From the NCBI RefSeq assembly GCF_055900595.2, contig NZ_CM148325.1: DNA of 64,000 nucleotides. One strand, given 5' to 3'. Under the pieces are notes generated by a model that worked only from the letters and a program-made list of their open reading frames with translations, was not told the origin of the DNA and made no database searches. Position 1 is the first letter of the stretch; every line of letters begins with the position of its first letter. The translations under genes were made by a program, and so were the position numbers. This document shows positions 1-12,139 of this stretch, one piece after another.

Positions 1-1031
1 TGCTGGAGGGCTACTTTAGCTATACCGCTACGGAAGATCAGCTTGAGCAGGCGAAGTCCTGGTATAACCAGATGATGGATTCCGCAGAAAAGGGCAAAGC
101 GTTCGAGCAGGCGATTATGCCCGCGCAGATGCTCTCGCAAGTGCCGTACTTCTCGCGAGATGAACGGCGCAAAATTTTGCCTTCAATCACTTTGAAAGAG
201 GTGCTGGCCTATCGCGACGCCTTAAAATCAGGGGCTCGACCAGAGTTTATGGTTATTGGCAACATGACCGAAGACCAGGCAACAACGCTGGCACGCGATG
301 TGCAAAAACAGTTGGGCGCTGATGGTTCGGAGTGGTGTCGTAACAAAGATGTCGTGGTCGATAAAAAACAATCCGTCATCTTTGAAAAAGCCGGTAACAG
401 CACCGACTCCGCACTGGCAGCGGTATTTGTACCGACTGGCTACGATGAATACACCAGCTCAGCCTATAGCTCTCTGCTGGGGCAGATCGTACAGCCGTGG
501 TTCTACAATCAGTTGCGTACCGAAGAACAGTTGGGCTATGCCGTGTTTGCGTTTCCAATGAGCGTGGGACGTCAGTGGGGCATGGGCTTCCTGTTGCAAA
601 GCAATGATAAACAGCCTTCATTCTTGTGGGAGCGTTACAAGGCGTTTTTCCCAACCGCAGAGGCAAAATTGCGGACGATGAAGCCAGAAGAGTTTGCGCA
701 AATCCAGCAGGCGGTAATAACCCAGATGCTGCAGGCACCGCAAACGCTCGGCGAAGAAGCATCGAAGTTAAGTAAAGATTTCGATCGCGGCAATATGCGC
801 TTCGATTCGCGTGATAAAATCGTGGCCCAGATAAAACTGCTGACGCCGCAAAAACTTGCTGATTTCTTCCATCAGGCGGTGGTCGAGCCGCAAGGCATGG
901 CTATTCTGTCGCAGATTTCCGGCAGCCAGAACGGGAAAGCCGAATATGTGCATCCTGAAGGTTGGAAAGTGTGGGAGAACGTCAGCGCGTTACAGCAAAC
1001 AATGCCCCTGATGAGTGAAAAGAATGAGTGA
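1..1031 (+). CDS. ptrA: Protease III (pitrilysin), C-terminal portion; 5' end lies outside the window
   Basis: ORF 72..1031 in frame with window start; translation ends ...[12 protein letters not shown] and lies directly upstream of recB as in E. coli; overlaps recB start by 8 nt. Confidence 0.85.
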   Translation, partial: LEGYFSYTATEDQLEQAKSWYNQMMDSAEKGKAFEQAIMPAQMLSQVPYFSRDERRKILPSITLKEVLAYRDALKSGARPEFMVIGNMTEDQATTLARDVQKQLGADGSEWCRNKDVVVDKKQSVIFEKAGNSTDSALAAVFVPTGYDEYTSSAYSSLLGQIVQPWFYNQLRTEEQLGYAVFAFPMSVGRQWGMGFLLQSNDKQPSFLWERYKAFFPTAEAKLRTMKPEEFAQIQQAVITQMLQAPQTLGEEASKLSKDFDRGNMRFDSRDKIVAQIKLLTPQKLADFFHQAVVEPQGMAILSQISGSQNGKAEYVHPEGWKVWENVSALQQTMPLMSEKNE

Positions 1032-4000
1032 TGTCGCCGAGACACTAGATCCTTTGCGCTTGCCCTTACAGGGCGAGCGCCTGATTGAAGCCTCTGCCGG
1101 CACAGGCAAAACCTTTACGATTGCGGCGCTCTATTTGCGCCTGTTACTTGGACTAGGCGGTTCTGCCGCCTTTCCCCGCCCGCTGACCGTTGAAGAACTG
1201 CTGGTGGTGACCTTTACCGAGGCTGCCACGGCAGAATTGCGCGGTCGTATCCGTAGCAATATCCACGAGTTGCGCATCGCCTGTCTGCGTGAAACCACCG
1301 ACAATCCACTGTACGAACGCCTGCTGGAAGAGATCGACGATAAAGCGCAAGCCGCGCAGTGGTTGTTGTTAGCCGAACGGCAGATGGATGAAGCGGCAGT
1401 CTTTACTATTCACGGTTTTTGCCAGCGCATGCTCAACTTGAATGCCTTTGAATCCGGCATGCTGTTTGAGCAGCAGCTGATTGAAGATGAGTCTCTGCTA
1501 CGCTACCAGGCCTGCGCCGATTTCTGGCGTCGCCACTGCTACCCGCTGCCGCGTGAAATTGCCCAGGTGGTCTTTGAAACCTGGAAAGGGCCGCAGGCGT
1601 TGCTGCGCGATATTAATCGTTATCTGCAAGGCGAAGCACCGGTTATCAAAGCACCGCCGCCCGATGATGAAACGCTGGCTTCCCGCCACGCGCAAATTGT
1701 GGCGCGTATTGATACGGTAAAACAGCAGTGGCGCGACGCAGTGGGTGAACTGGATGCGCTGATCGAATCTTCTGGTATTGATCGACGCAAGTTTAACCGT
1801 AGCAATCAGGCTAAATGGATCGAGAAGATCAGTGCCTGGGCAGAAGAAGAGACCAACAGTTATCAGTTACCGGAGTCGCTGGAAAAATTCTCTCAGCGTT
1901 TCTTAGAAGATCGCACGAAAGCCGGGGGGGAAACCCCGCGACATCCACTGTTTGAGGCGATCGATCAACTGCTTGCAGAACCATTGTCGATCCGTGATCT
2001 GGTGATCACCCGCGCATTGGCTGAGATCCGCGAAACAGTAGCGCGTGAAAAACGCCGCCGTGGCGAATTGGGTTTTGATGACATGTTAAGTCGGCTCGAT
2101 TCCGCGCTGCGTAGCGAAAGCGGCGAGGTGTTGGCAGCGGCGATCCGTACGCGATTCCCGGTGGCAATGATTGATGAATTTCAGGATACCGACCCCCAGC
2201 AGTACCGAATTTTTCGCCGTATCTGGCACCATCAGCCGGAAACCGCATTGTTGCTGATTGGCGACCCGAAACAGGCCATATATGCATTCCGGGGTGCGGA
2301 TATCTTCACTTATATGAAGGCGCGTAGCGAAGTTCACGCCCACTACACCTTAGATACCAACTGGCGCTCCGCACCAGGAATGGTGAACAGCGTGAATAAG
2401 CTTTTCAGTCAGACTGATGACGCGTTCATGTTTCGCGAAATACCGTTTATTCCAGTGAAATCAGCCGGGAAAAATCAGGCGTTACGTTTTGTGTTTAAAG
2501 GTGAAACGCAGCCTGCGATGAAAATGTGGCTGATGGAAGGCGAAAGCTGCGGCGTTGGCGATTATCAAAGTACCATGGCGCAGGTATGTGCTGCGCAAAT
2601 CCGCGACTGGCTACAAGCCGGACAGCGGGGCGAAGCGTTGCTGATGAACGGCGACGACGCGCGTCCGGTGCGTGCTTCGGACATCAGTGTGCTGGTGCGC
2701 AGCCGCCAGGAGGCCGCTCAGGTGCGCGATGCCTTAACGCTGCTGGAAATCCCTTCCGTTTACCTTTCGAACCGCGACAGTGTTTTTGAAACTCTGGAAG
2801 CGCAGGAGATGCTTTGGCTGTTGCAGGCGGTGATGACACCAGAACGTGAGAACACCCTGCGCAGTGCGCTGGCAACGTCAATGATGGGGCTGAATGCGCT
2901 GGATATTGAAACGCTGAATAATGACGAACATGCGTGGGATGCGGTAGTCGAAGAGTTCGATGGTTATCGGCAAATCTGGCGCAAACGTGGCGTTATGCCG
3001 ATGCTGCGGGCGCTGATGTCGGCGCGTAACATTGCAGAAAACTTGCTGGCAACAGCAGGCGGTGAGCGGCGTCTTACCGATATCTTGCATATCAGCGAAT
3101 TGCTACAAGAAGCCGGAACGCAGCTGGAAAGTGAACATGCGCTGGTACGCTGGTTATCGCAACATATCCTCGAGCCAGACAGTAATGCCTCCAGCCAACA
3201 AATGCGTCTCGAAAGTGATAAACATCTGGTGCAGATTGTCACGATCCACAAATCGAAAGGGCTGGAATATCCATTGGTCTGGCTGCCGTTTATCACCAAT
3301 TTCCGCGTCCAGGATCAGGCGTTTTATCACGATCGCCACTCGTTTGAGGCTGTTCTGGATCTTAATGCTGCGCCAGAAAGCGTCGACCTCGCGGAGGCCG
3401 AACGTCTGGCGGAAGATCTGCGTTTGCTTTACGTTGCGCTGACGCGTTCGGTTTGGCATTGCAGTCTCGGCGTTGCACCGCTGGTGCGCCGTCGTGGCGA
3501 TAAAAAAGGTGACACCGACGTCCACCAAAGTGCGCTCGGGCGTTTGCTGCAAAAAGGGGAACCGCAAGATGCGGCAGGGCTTCGCACCTGTATTGAAGCG
3601 TTATGCGATGATGATATTGCCTGGCAAACGGCACAAACTGGTGATAACCAGCCCTGGCAGGTTAATGATGCTTTAACTGCAGAACTGAATGCGAGGACGC
3701 TACAACGATTGCCCGGCGATAACTGGCGTGTCACCAGCTACTCCGGTTTGCAGCAGCGTGGTCACGGTATCGCTCAGGATCTGATGCCACGGCTGGATGT
3801 TGATGCCGCAGGCGTGGTCAGCGTCGTTGAAGAACCGACGTTAACACCGCATCAGTTCCCGCGCGGTGCGTCACCAGGGACATTCTTGCACAGTTTGTTT
3901 GAAGACCTCGATTTTACCCAGCCGGTTGACCCGAACTGGGTACAGGAAAAACTGGAACTCGGCGGCTTTGAATCGCAGTGGGAACCAGTGTTGACCGAGT

Positions 4001-4566
4001 GGATCACGGCTGTCCTCCAGGCACCTCTCAATGAAACGGGTGTTAGCCTGAATCAGCTTTCCGACCGCGATAAACAGGTGGAGATGGAGTTTTACCTGCC
4101 GATTAGTGAACCGCTCATCGCCAGCCAGCTTGATGCACTAATTCGCCAGTTTGATCCGCTATCCGCTGGCTGCCCGCCGCTGGAGTTCATGCAGGTACGC
4201 GGCATGTTAAAAGGCTTTATCGACCTGGTATTCCGCCACGAAGGGCGTTATTACCTGCTCGACTATAAATCCAACTGGCTGGGTGAAGACAGTTCGGCTT
4301 ATACCCAACAGGCTATGGCAGCGGCGATGCAGGCACACCGCTATGATCTGCAATATCAGCTTTATACCCTGGCGCTGCATCGTTATCTGCGCCATCGCAT
4401 TGCTGATTACGACTATGATCGTCACTTTGGCGGCGTTATCTATCTGTTCCTGCGTGGCGTTGATAAAGAACATCCGCAACAAGGGATTTACACAACCCGA
4501 CCCAACGCCGGGTTGATTGACCTGATGGATGAGATGTTTGCCGGTATGACCCTGGAGGAGGCGTAA
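1024..4566 (+). CDS. recB: RecBCD exonuclease V subunit beta (helicase/nuclease)
   Basis: Translation [30 protein letters not shown] with Walker A; about 1180 aa; ORF track start MKRM trimmed to the MSDV start. Confidence 0.95.
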   Translation: MSDVAETLDPLRLPLQGERLIEASAGTGKTFTIAALYLRLLLGLGGSAAFPRPLTVEELLVVTFTEAATAELRGRIRSNIHELRIACLRETTDNPLYERLLEEIDDKAQAAQWLLLAERQMDEAAVFTIHGFCQRMLNLNAFESGMLFEQQLIEDESLLRYQACADFWRRHCYPLPREIAQVVFETWKGPQALLRDINRYLQGEAPVIKAPPPDDETLASRHAQIVARIDTVKQQWRDAVGELDALIESSGIDRRKFNRSNQAKWIEKISAWAEEETNSYQLPESLEKFSQRFLEDRTKAGGETPRHPLFEAIDQLLAEPLSIRDLVITRALAEIRETVAREKRRRGELGFDDMLSRLDSALRSESGEVLAAAIRTRFPVAMIDEFQDTDPQQYRIFRRIWHHQPETALLLIGDPKQAIYAFRGADIFTYMKARSEVHAHYTLDTNWRSAPGMVNSVNKLFSQTDDAFMFREIPFIPVKSAGKNQALRFVFKGETQPAMKMWLMEGESCGVGDYQSTMAQVCAAQIRDWLQAGQRGEALLMNGDDARPVRASDISVLVRSRQEAAQVRDALTLLEIPSVYLSNRDSVFETLEAQEMLWLLQAVMTPERENTLRSALATSMMGLNALDIETLNNDEHAWDAVVEEFDGYRQIWRKRGVMPMLRALMSARNIAENLLATAGGERRLTDILHISELLQEAGTQLESEHALVRWLSQHILEPDSNASSQQMRLESDKHLVQIVTIHKSKGLEYPLVWLPFITNFRVQDQAFYHDRHSFEAVLDLNAAPESVDLAEAERLAEDLRLLYVALTRSVWHCSLGVAPLVRRRGDKKGDTDVHQSALGRLLQKGEPQDAAGLRTCIEALCDDDIAWQTAQTGDNQPWQVNDALTAELNARTLQRLPGDNWRVTSYSGLQQRGHGIAQDLMPRLDVDAAGVVSVVEEPTLTPHQFPRGASPGTFLHSLFEDLDFTQPVDPNWVQEKLELGGFESQWEPVLTEWITAVLQAPLNETGVSLNQLSDRDKQVEMEFYLPISEPLIASQLDALIRQFDPLSAGCPPLEFMQVRGMLKGFIDLVFRHEGRYYLLDYKSNWLGEDSSAYTQQAMAAAMQAHRYDLQYQLYTLALHRYLRHRIADYDYDRHFGGVIYLFLRGVDKEHPQQGIYTTRPNAGLIDLMDEMFAGMTLEEA

Positions 4567-6392
4567 TGAAATTGCAAAAGCAATTACTGGAAGCTGTGGA
4601 GCACAAACAGCTACGCCCGCTGGATGTGCAATTTGCCCTGACCGTGGCGGGAGATGAACATCCTGCCGTCACCCTCGCGGCAGCCCTGTTAAGCCACGAC
4701 GCCGGGGAAGGGCATGTCTGTTTACCGCTCTCACGACTGGAAAATAACGAGGAGTCACATCCGCTGTTAGCAACCTGCGTCAGCGAAATCGGTGAGTTAC
4801 AAAATTGGGAAGAATGCTTGCTGGCTTCACAAGCGGTCAGCCGGGGAGATGAACCAACGCCGATGATCCTCTGTGGTGATCGTCTTTATTTGAATCGCAT
4901 GTGGTGTAACGAGCGCACAGTGGCACGCTTTTTCAACGAAGTGAATCATGCCATTGAGGTTGATGAAGCTCTACTGGCGCAAACCCTGGACAAACTTTTT
5001 CCAGTAAGCGATGAAATTAACTGGCAAAAAGTGGCGGCGGCAGTGGCGCTGACGCGGCGGATCTCGGTGATTTCCGGCGGCCCTGGCACCGGTAAAACGA
5101 CCACCGTAGCGAAGTTGCTGGCAGCGTTAATTCAAATGGCAGACGGCGAACGCTGCCGTATCCGTCTGGCTGCACCAACGGGTAAAGCTGCCGCGCGCTT
5201 AACCGAATCTCTCGGCAAGGCTTTGCGCCAGTTACCGCTGACCGATGAACAAAAGAAACGCATTCCGGAAGATGCCAGCACTTTGCACCGATTGCTGGGT
5301 GCGCAGCCGGGTAGCCAGCGTTTACGTCATCATGCCGGTAACCCGCTGCATCTTGATGTGCTGGTGGTAGATGAAGCGTCAATGATCGATCTGCCTATGA
5401 TGTCGAGACTGATCGACGCCTTGCCCGATCATGCGCGAGTGATCTTTCTCGGCGATCGTGATCAACTGGCCTCGGTTGAGGCTGGGGCTGTGCTGGGCGA
5501 TATCTGCGCTTATGCCAATGCGGGCTTTACCGCAGAGCGTGCCGGGCAGCTAAGCCGCCTGACGGGAAGCCACGTCCCGGCGGGAAGCGGTACGGAAGCG
5601 GCATCTTTGCGCGACAGTCTCTGCCTGCTGCAAAAAAGCTATCGTTTCGGCAGCGATTCTGGCATTGGTCAGTTAGCTGCGGCGATCAACCGTGGTGATA
5701 AAACGGCAGTGAAAACCGTTTTTCAGCAGGATTTTACTGATATCGAAAAACGGCTTTTACAGAGCGGCGAAGACTATATTGCGATGCTTGAGGAGGCTCT
5801 TGCGGGTTACGGGCGTTATCTGGATCTGCTTCAGGCACGTGCCGAGCCGGATTTAATCATTCAGGCGTTCAATGAGTACCAGCTTTTGTGCGCCCTGCGG
5901 GAAGGGCCGTTTGGCGTGGCTGGACTGAATGAGCGAATTGAGCAGTTTATGCAACAGAAGCGCAAAATTCATCGTCATCCGCACTCTCGTTGGTACGAAG
6001 GCCGACCAGTGATGATTGCCCGTAATGACAGCGCGCTTGGGTTGTTTAATGGCGATATCGGTATTGCGCTGGATCGCGGGCAGGGGACGCGCGTCTGGTT
6101 TGCGATGCCGGATGGCAATATTAAGTCTGTGCAACCGAGCCGCCTGCCAGAACACGAAACCACGTGGGCGATGACGGTACATAAATCGCAGGGATCGGAG
6201 TTTGACCATGCGGCGTTGATTTTACCGAGCCAACGCACGCCAGTTGTAACGCGAGAGCTGGTTTACACTGCGGTGACCCGCGCGCGTCGCCGTCTGTCGT
6301 TGTATGCCGATGAGCGCATATTAAGTGCGGCAATCGCCACTCGTACTGAGCGGCGCAGTGGTCTGGCGGCGTTGTTTAGTTCGCGGGAATAA
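4566..6392 (+). CDS. recD: RecBCD exonuclease V subunit alpha (helicase)
   Basis: 608 aa, GGPGTGKTT Walker A; ATG overlaps recB stop by 1 nt (TAATG). Confidence 0.95.
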   Translation: MKLQKQLLEAVEHKQLRPLDVQFALTVAGDEHPAVTLAAALLSHDAGEGHVCLPLSRLENNEESHPLLATCVSEIGELQNWEECLLASQAVSRGDEPTPMILCGDRLYLNRMWCNERTVARFFNEVNHAIEVDEALLAQTLDKLFPVSDEINWQKVAAAVALTRRISVISGGPGTGKTTTVAKLLAALIQMADGERCRIRLAAPTGKAAARLTESLGKALRQLPLTDEQKKRIPEDASTLHRLLGAQPGSQRLRHHAGNPLHLDVLVVDEASMIDLPMMSRLIDALPDHARVIFLGDRDQLASVEAGAVLGDICAYANAGFTAERAGQLSRLTGSHVPAGSGTEAASLRDSLCLLQKSYRFGSDSGIGQLAAAINRGDKTAVKTVFQQDFTDIEKRLLQSGEDYIAMLEEALAGYGRYLDLLQARAEPDLIIQAFNEYQLLCALREGPFGVAGLNERIEQFMQQKRKIHRHPHSRWYEGRPVMIARNDSALGLFNGDIGIALDRGQGTRVWFAMPDGNIKSVQPSRLPEHETTWAMTVHKSQGSEFDHAALILPSQRTPVVTRELVYTAVTRARRRLSLYADERILSAAIATRTERRSGLAALFSSRE

Positions 6393-6402
6393 ACGTGATT
6401 GC

Positions 6403-6660
<258 letters not shown>

Positions 6661-8191
6661 TTACGCTGGTAGTTGTACAACTGCTTTTTGCTCTCGGGCA
6701 GTAAATCAATATCCACCGGGGTAAATCCACGTTCCTGGAACCAGTGAATACTGCGCGTGGTCAGTACAAACAATTTGCTTAATCCGCTTTGCTTCGCCTG
6801 AGCGGCAATGCGCTCCAGCAAAACCTCGCCCCTTGATGAGCTGCGGTAATCCGGGTGAACGGCCACACAGGCCATTTCCCCAATCTTCTCTTCCGGGAAC
6901 GGATAGAGTGCTGCGCAGGCAATAGTCGTGTTATCGCGCTGAATAATAGTGAATTTGTCGATTTCCATCTCCAGTTGCTCGCGAGAACGGCGTACCAGAA
7001 TACCTTGCTGCTCCAGTGGGCGAATCAACTCCAGAATGCCGCCAATATCGTTGATTGTTGCGCGACGAATTTGCTCGGCGCTTTCCATCACAATCTGCGT
7101 ACCGATACCGTCACGTGAGAACAACTCTTGCAACAGCGCGCCATCTTCCTGGTAACTAATTAAATGACAGCGACGTACGCCGCTGCGGCAGGCTTTCACC
7201 GCACCACGCAAAAAGCGCACCGTACCGGAGTTGTAATCGCCTTTCTCTTCCTGAGCTTCTACCCGCGCTTGTGCTTCGTTAGGGAAAAGCTCGGAGACAA
7301 TATCGCCGTCGTCATTAGTGACGCCCTGTGAAGAGCAAAAACCAATCATCTTTTCAGCTTTCAGTTTGATGGCCAGTTGAGTGGCGATCTCTTCCGAGGT
7401 CAGATTAAAGCTCTCGCCAGTGACTGAAACCGCGACCGGCCCCAGCAGCACTATCGCACCGCTGTCCAGTTGACGATGAATCGCATCTTCGTCAATCCGC
7501 CGGATACGCCCGCTATGGCAGTAATCCACACCGTCATCCACGCCCAGCGGCTGGGCAATAATAAAATTGCCACTGACGACGTTGATATGCGCGCCCTGCA
7601 GCGGCGTGTTATTGAGACTCATCGACAGGCGAGCAGTAATGTCCAGTTGCAATGTTCCCGCAGCCTGCTTCACCAGTTCTAGTGTTTTGGCGTCGGTCAC
7701 GCGTATATTTTTGTGATATAGCGGTTCGTGGTGATGCGCTGCCAGATTCGCATCGATCTGCGGGCGCGCTCCATAGACCACGACCAGACGGATGCCGAGG
7801 CTGTGCAGCAACCCGATATCATTAACGATACTGGAGAAATTCTCATGCTCAATGGCTTCACCGCCGAGCATGATGACAAACGTTTTTCCCCGGTGGGTAT
7901 TGATATAAGGAACCGAATGGCGGAATCCCTCGACCAACTCGGTTTTACGTTCCTTCACCACGGCACACCTCTTTGCATGATTATTCGTAATTATTGTATT
8001 TTTATTCTGTTTTTTCACTGGGTGCAAGTGCAAATTTTACGCATGAGCAACTTTTTTATCAGTAATGCCGTGAATATAAAAAGAATGTTTACCGTTTATT
8101 AGATGACAGATTATGCGTCTTTCGCTAAAGTTTCCGGTCAAATTAGTCGTTTATTTGTTACACAGCTTAGATTTTTTTGCTCGGGAGATGC

Positions 8192-9445
8192 ATGTCGGGA
8201 TCCAACACAGCAATCAGCCGTCGTCGTTTACTGCAAGGCGCGGGTGCCATGTGGCTATTGAGCGTAAGTCAGGTCAGTCTGGCTGCGGTCAGCCAGGTCG
8301 TGGCGGTGCGCGTCTGGCCTGCGTCCAGCTACACCCGTGTGACGGTAGAATCTAATCGTCAGCTGAAATATAAGCAGTTCGCGTTGAGTAACCCTGAACG
8401 CGTGGTGGTGGATATCGAAGATGTAAACCTGAACTCAGTGCTCAAGGGGATGGCGGCACAAATTCGTGCTGATGACCCGTTCATCAAGTCGGCGCGCGTC
8501 GGGCAGTTTGACCCGCAAACCGTGCGGATGGTTTTTGAGTTAAAGCAAAACGTAAAACCGCAGCTGTTTGCCCTTGCTCCGGTCGCCGGGTTTAAAGAGC
8601 GTCTGGTGATGGATCTCTATCCTGCCAATGCTCAGGACATGCAGGACCCGCTGCTGGCGCTGCTGGAGGATTACAATAAAGGCGATCTCGAAAAGCAGGT
8701 GCCGCCTGCGCAGAGTGGCCCGCAGCCAGGCAAAGCAGGGCGCGATCGTCCGATTGTCATTATGCTTGACCCTGGCCATGGCGGCGAAGACTCCGGTGCG
8801 GTGGGGAAATACAAAACGCGTGAAAAAGATGTGGTATTGCAAATTGCCCGCCGTTTGCGCTCTCTGATTGAGAAAGAGGGCAATATGAAAGTTTACATGA
8901 CCCGTAATGAAGACATCTTCATTCCGTTGCAAGTGCGCGTAGCAAAAGCACAGAAACAGCGTGCTGACTTGTTTGTCTCTATTCATGCCGATGCCTTTAC
9001 CAGTCGCCAGCCGAGCGGTTCCTCTGTGTTTGCGCTCTCTACCAAAGGTGCAACCAGTACCGCGGCAAAATATCTGGCGCAAACTCAGAACGCCTCGGAC
9101 TTGATTGGTGGCGTGAGTAAGAGCGGCGACCGTTATGTCGACCATACTATGTTCGATATGGTGCAGTCGCTGACCATTGCCGACAGTCTGAAGTTTGGTA
9201 AAGCTGTGTTGAATAAGCTCGGTAAAATCAACAAGCTGCATAAAAATCAGGTTGAACAAGCCGGGTTTGCCGTGCTGAAAGCGCCTGATATACCCTCCAT
9301 TTTGGTCGAAACGGCGTTTATCAGTAACGTTGAGGAAGAACGTAAACTGAAAACGGCAACCTTCCAGCAGGAAGTTGCGGAATCAATCCTCGCAGGGATA
9401 AAAGCGTATTTTGCCGATGGGGCGACGCTGGCGAGAAGGGGATAA
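8192..9445 (+). CDS. amiC: N-acetylmuramoyl-L-alanine amidase AmiC (Tat-exported)
   Basis: [19 protein letters not shown] twin-arginine signal; amidase_3 domain; ORF track start trimmed to MSGS. Confidence 0.9.
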
Positions 9446-9615
9446 TGTTTTTATTTATTCAATGAATTTATATTTCGTTGAATAGATAATATTTACCTGA
9501 ATATTAGACGTTGGTTTTGTGACTGATGTCGAATATTTGAATGTCGGCTTGAAAAATAAGCCGACCATCTCTTTAATTAAGCACAATTCCGTGTAATGTA
9601 TATGCATTAGTTAAT

Positions 9616-9698
9616 CATCTTGTAACTGTTAAATCAGGCAAGGCAATGTTTGAAGTAATTATTACTTCTGACGTGCCTTGCCTTTTTTTTTGGAGCTA
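9616..9698 (+). promoter_or_regulatory. RAT-like antiterminator target overlapping a rho-independent terminator in the leader of the BglG-family gene
   Basis: ttgtaactgttaaatcaggcaaggca resembles RAT elements (bgl/sac type); stem ggcaaggca (9637-9645) pairs with tgccttgcc (9674-9682), followed by a T run of nine; inner palindrome gaagtaat/attacttc. Confidence 0.6.
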
Positions 9699-9702
9699 TG
9701 GA

Positions 9703-10527
9703 ATGATCATCGAAAAAGTCATGAACAATAATTGTGTACAGGCATCGATGAATGGACAGGAGGTTATCATTTCTGGGCCTGGCGTCGGTTACAACAAAAA
9801 ATATGGAATGTCGGTCCCTGAGCATCCGGCTAACCGGATTTTTTATGTCAGAAATGAACAAAAAAATAAACTCTACAAATTGATTGAACATGTGGATATT
9901 GAGTATGTTTTTGTTGCCGAAAAAATAGTGCAATATGCGGAGAACAATCTCGAAAAAAATCTCAATCCATCGCTACTATTGATTCTTGCTGATCATATTT
10001 CGAATGCAATATCCCGAGTCGCTTCAGGCATACAAATTAATAATGTTTTCCTTGATGAAATCAAAGCGTTGTACAAAGCAGAGTATGCGATAAGTCGCGA
10101 TGCATTAACTATCATTAATGAGCAATTCAGCGTTCAACTTCCTGATGATGAGATTGGTTTTATAGCATTGCATATTTTAAATAATTATGAAAATTCAGTT
10201 GATTATGAATCAGTACGGATTATTGAGTTGTCGCAAATAATCACGGGGCTTATTGAAGTTGTTTATAACAGAAAGGTGGACAGAAGTTCATTTAATTATT
10301 CCAGGTTCATGATACACCTTAAATATTTTTCAAGTCGCGTATTATGCAATGAAAAAATAAAACAGAAAGATATTGGTGATCTCTATGAACAGTTTCTTGA
10401 GAAAGACATTCTGTTACAGCGCGCAATTCATGAAATTGAAAGGTATTTGTACGCCACTTTTAAATATGAATTGATTTTGGAAGAAAAACTATATCTCTCT
10501 ATTCGCACCAAAGTATTAATGGACTGA
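9703..10527 (+). CDS. BglG/LicT-family transcriptional antiterminator (CAT RNA-binding domain plus two PRD domains)
   Basis: N-terminus MIIEKVMNNNCVQASMNGQEVIISGPGVGYNKKYG typical of the CAT domain; about 275 aa; start chosen downstream of the terminator, so ORF track start 9646 is rejected; AT-rich. Confidence 0.75.
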   Translation: MIIEKVMNNNCVQASMNGQEVIISGPGVGYNKKYGMSVPEHPANRIFYVRNEQKNKLYKLIEHVDIEYVFVAEKIVQYAENNLEKNLNPSLLLILADHISNAISRVASGIQINNVFLDEIKALYKAEYAISRDALTIINEQFSVQLPDDEIGFIALHILNNYENSVDYESVRIIELSQIITGLIEVVYNRKVDRSSFNYSRFMIHLKYFSSRVLCNEKIKQKDIGDLYEQFLEKDILLQRAIHEIERYLYATFKYELILEEKLYLSIRTKVLMD

Positions 10528-10558
10528 TTATATATAACATTTATATGAGATAACCCGC

Positions 10559-12139
10559 ATGAAACAAAAGAAAGCCTGGAGTTTTTTTCAGAGCCTGGGA
10601 AAGGCATTTATGTATCCCATCGCTCTGCTAAGTGTATGTGGCATGATGTTAGGGCTAGGAAGTGGTTTAGCCAGCGATGATATGGCAAAATTAATTCCAC
10701 TACTGGCTATTCCCGTAATTAAAACCATTCTTGATTTTATTGTTAGCCTTGGTTTGTTTGCCTTTGTCAATTTACCTGTATTGTTTGCGATAGCTATACC
10801 TCTGGGGTTATTAAAAGAGAAAGAGGATAAAGCCTATGGCGCTTTTTCTGGCTTAATTGGTTTCATGGCGATGCATCTGGGAACGAACTTTTATCTTAAA
10901 CAACATGACTTATTGGTCGCTGCTGATCAAATGTCGACACATGGGCAAACCATTATTCTGGGAATCCAGTCCTACAATACCAGTGTGTTGGGTGGGATTA
11001 TAGCAGGATTATTAGTCGCCAGTATGTATAAAAAGATCGTTAACTTACGTATTCCTGAATCATTAGGATTTTATAGTGGCCCACGCCTGGTGCCTATTAT
11101 TACACTGATTGTGATGAGCGGATTTGGTCTGATCATCCCTTTTATCTGGCCGCCATTTTTCAATCTTTTCATGCTCATTGGCCACTGGATTTCAACTTCC
11201 GGTCCTGTTGGCTATTTTTTCTATGCAGTCGCCGAACGCGTGACGATACCTTTTGGTTTAAATCACCTGGTGACGTCAGTTTTCCGCTTTACCCCCATCG
11301 GCGGATCGGCAGTGATCGGCGGAGAAGAGTATTATGGCACCCTGAACATGTTTATGGCGTACGTCAAAGAGAATGCGGTCATTCCGCTGGATTTGGCGGG
11401 GAAAATGGAACAGGGCAAACTGATGATTCAGTATGGTCTGGCTGGTGCCGCGCTGGCGATGTATCGCACTGCTCATGCTCAAAACAGAAAAGCTATCAAA
11501 GCATTGCTTATTTCCGGGGTGCTTACAGTCATTATTGGCGGCGTCAGCGAACCGATTGAGTTTCTGTTCTTATTTGTCAGTCCACTGCTATTTGTCTTCC
11601 ATGCTTTTATGAATGGATTCGCCAACATGGTCTTGCCATATATGGGCGTGAAGATGGGATTTACTGGCGATCTGATTCAATTTATTAGCTTTGGCGTATT
11701 GCGTGGCACAAGAACAGGTTGGCCAATAGCGGTGTGTGTCGAAGTGGCCTATTTCTTTATTTATTACTTTGTGTTCCGTTGGACTATTCTCAAATTTAAC
11801 CTGATGACGGTAGGCCGTGAAGAGTCCAGTCCTGTCACGCTGAACGCTCATGAGGATACGGCTATAGCGGATATCCCACCGCTTGATAAATCAGAGCTGC
11901 AAGCAGCGGAGCAGATGGTTAAGGCACTTGGTGGTAAAGAGAATATTAAATCCCTGGATAATTGCGTAACTCGTTTACGTTTAACAATCGCAGATATGGG
12001 ATTGATTGACGAGGCAGCAATAAAAAGAGCTGGCGGAATTGCGGTTGTTAAACTTGATCAAAATACCCTACAAGTCATTATCGGTACTAAAGTCATCGCC
12101 TTGCGTCGGGATATGGATAACTACATGGGGATATGCTGA
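10559..12139 (+). CDS. PTS glucose-family EIICB component (C-terminal EIIB with CxTRLR phosphocysteine motif)
   Basis: Polytopic membrane protein with GVSEPIEF motif and C-terminal NIKSLDNCVTRLRLT; 526 aa; no EIIA domain. Confidence 0.8.
   Translation: MKQKKAWSFFQSLGKAFMYPIALLSVCGMMLGLGSGLASDDMAKLIPLLAIPVIKTILDFIVSLGLFAFVNLPVLFAIAIPLGLLKEKEDKAYGAFSGLIGFMAMHLGTNFYLKQHDLLVAADQMSTHGQTIILGIQSYNTSVLGGIIAGLLVASMYKKIVNLRIPESLGFYSGPRLVPIITLIVMSGFGLIIPFIWPPFFNLFMLIGHWISTSGPVGYFFYAVAERVTIPFGLNHLVTSVFRFTPIGGSAVIGGEEYYGTLNMFMAYVKENAVIPLDLAGKMEQGKLMIQYGLAGAALAMYRTAHAQNRKAIKALLISGVLTVIIGGVSEPIEFLFLFVSPLLFVFHAFMNGFANMVLPYMGVKMGFTGDLIQFISFGVLRGTRTGWPIAVCVEVAYFFIYYFVFRWTILKFNLMTVGREESSPVTLNAHEDTAIADIPPLDKSELQAAEQMVKALGGKENIKSLDNCVTRLRLTIADMGLIDEAAIKRAGGIAVVKLDQNTLQVIIGTKVIALRRDMDNYMGIC

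Noticed and set aside
8540-9259. 239 aa ORF on the - strand
   Set aside because: Antisense to amiC with no independent signals.
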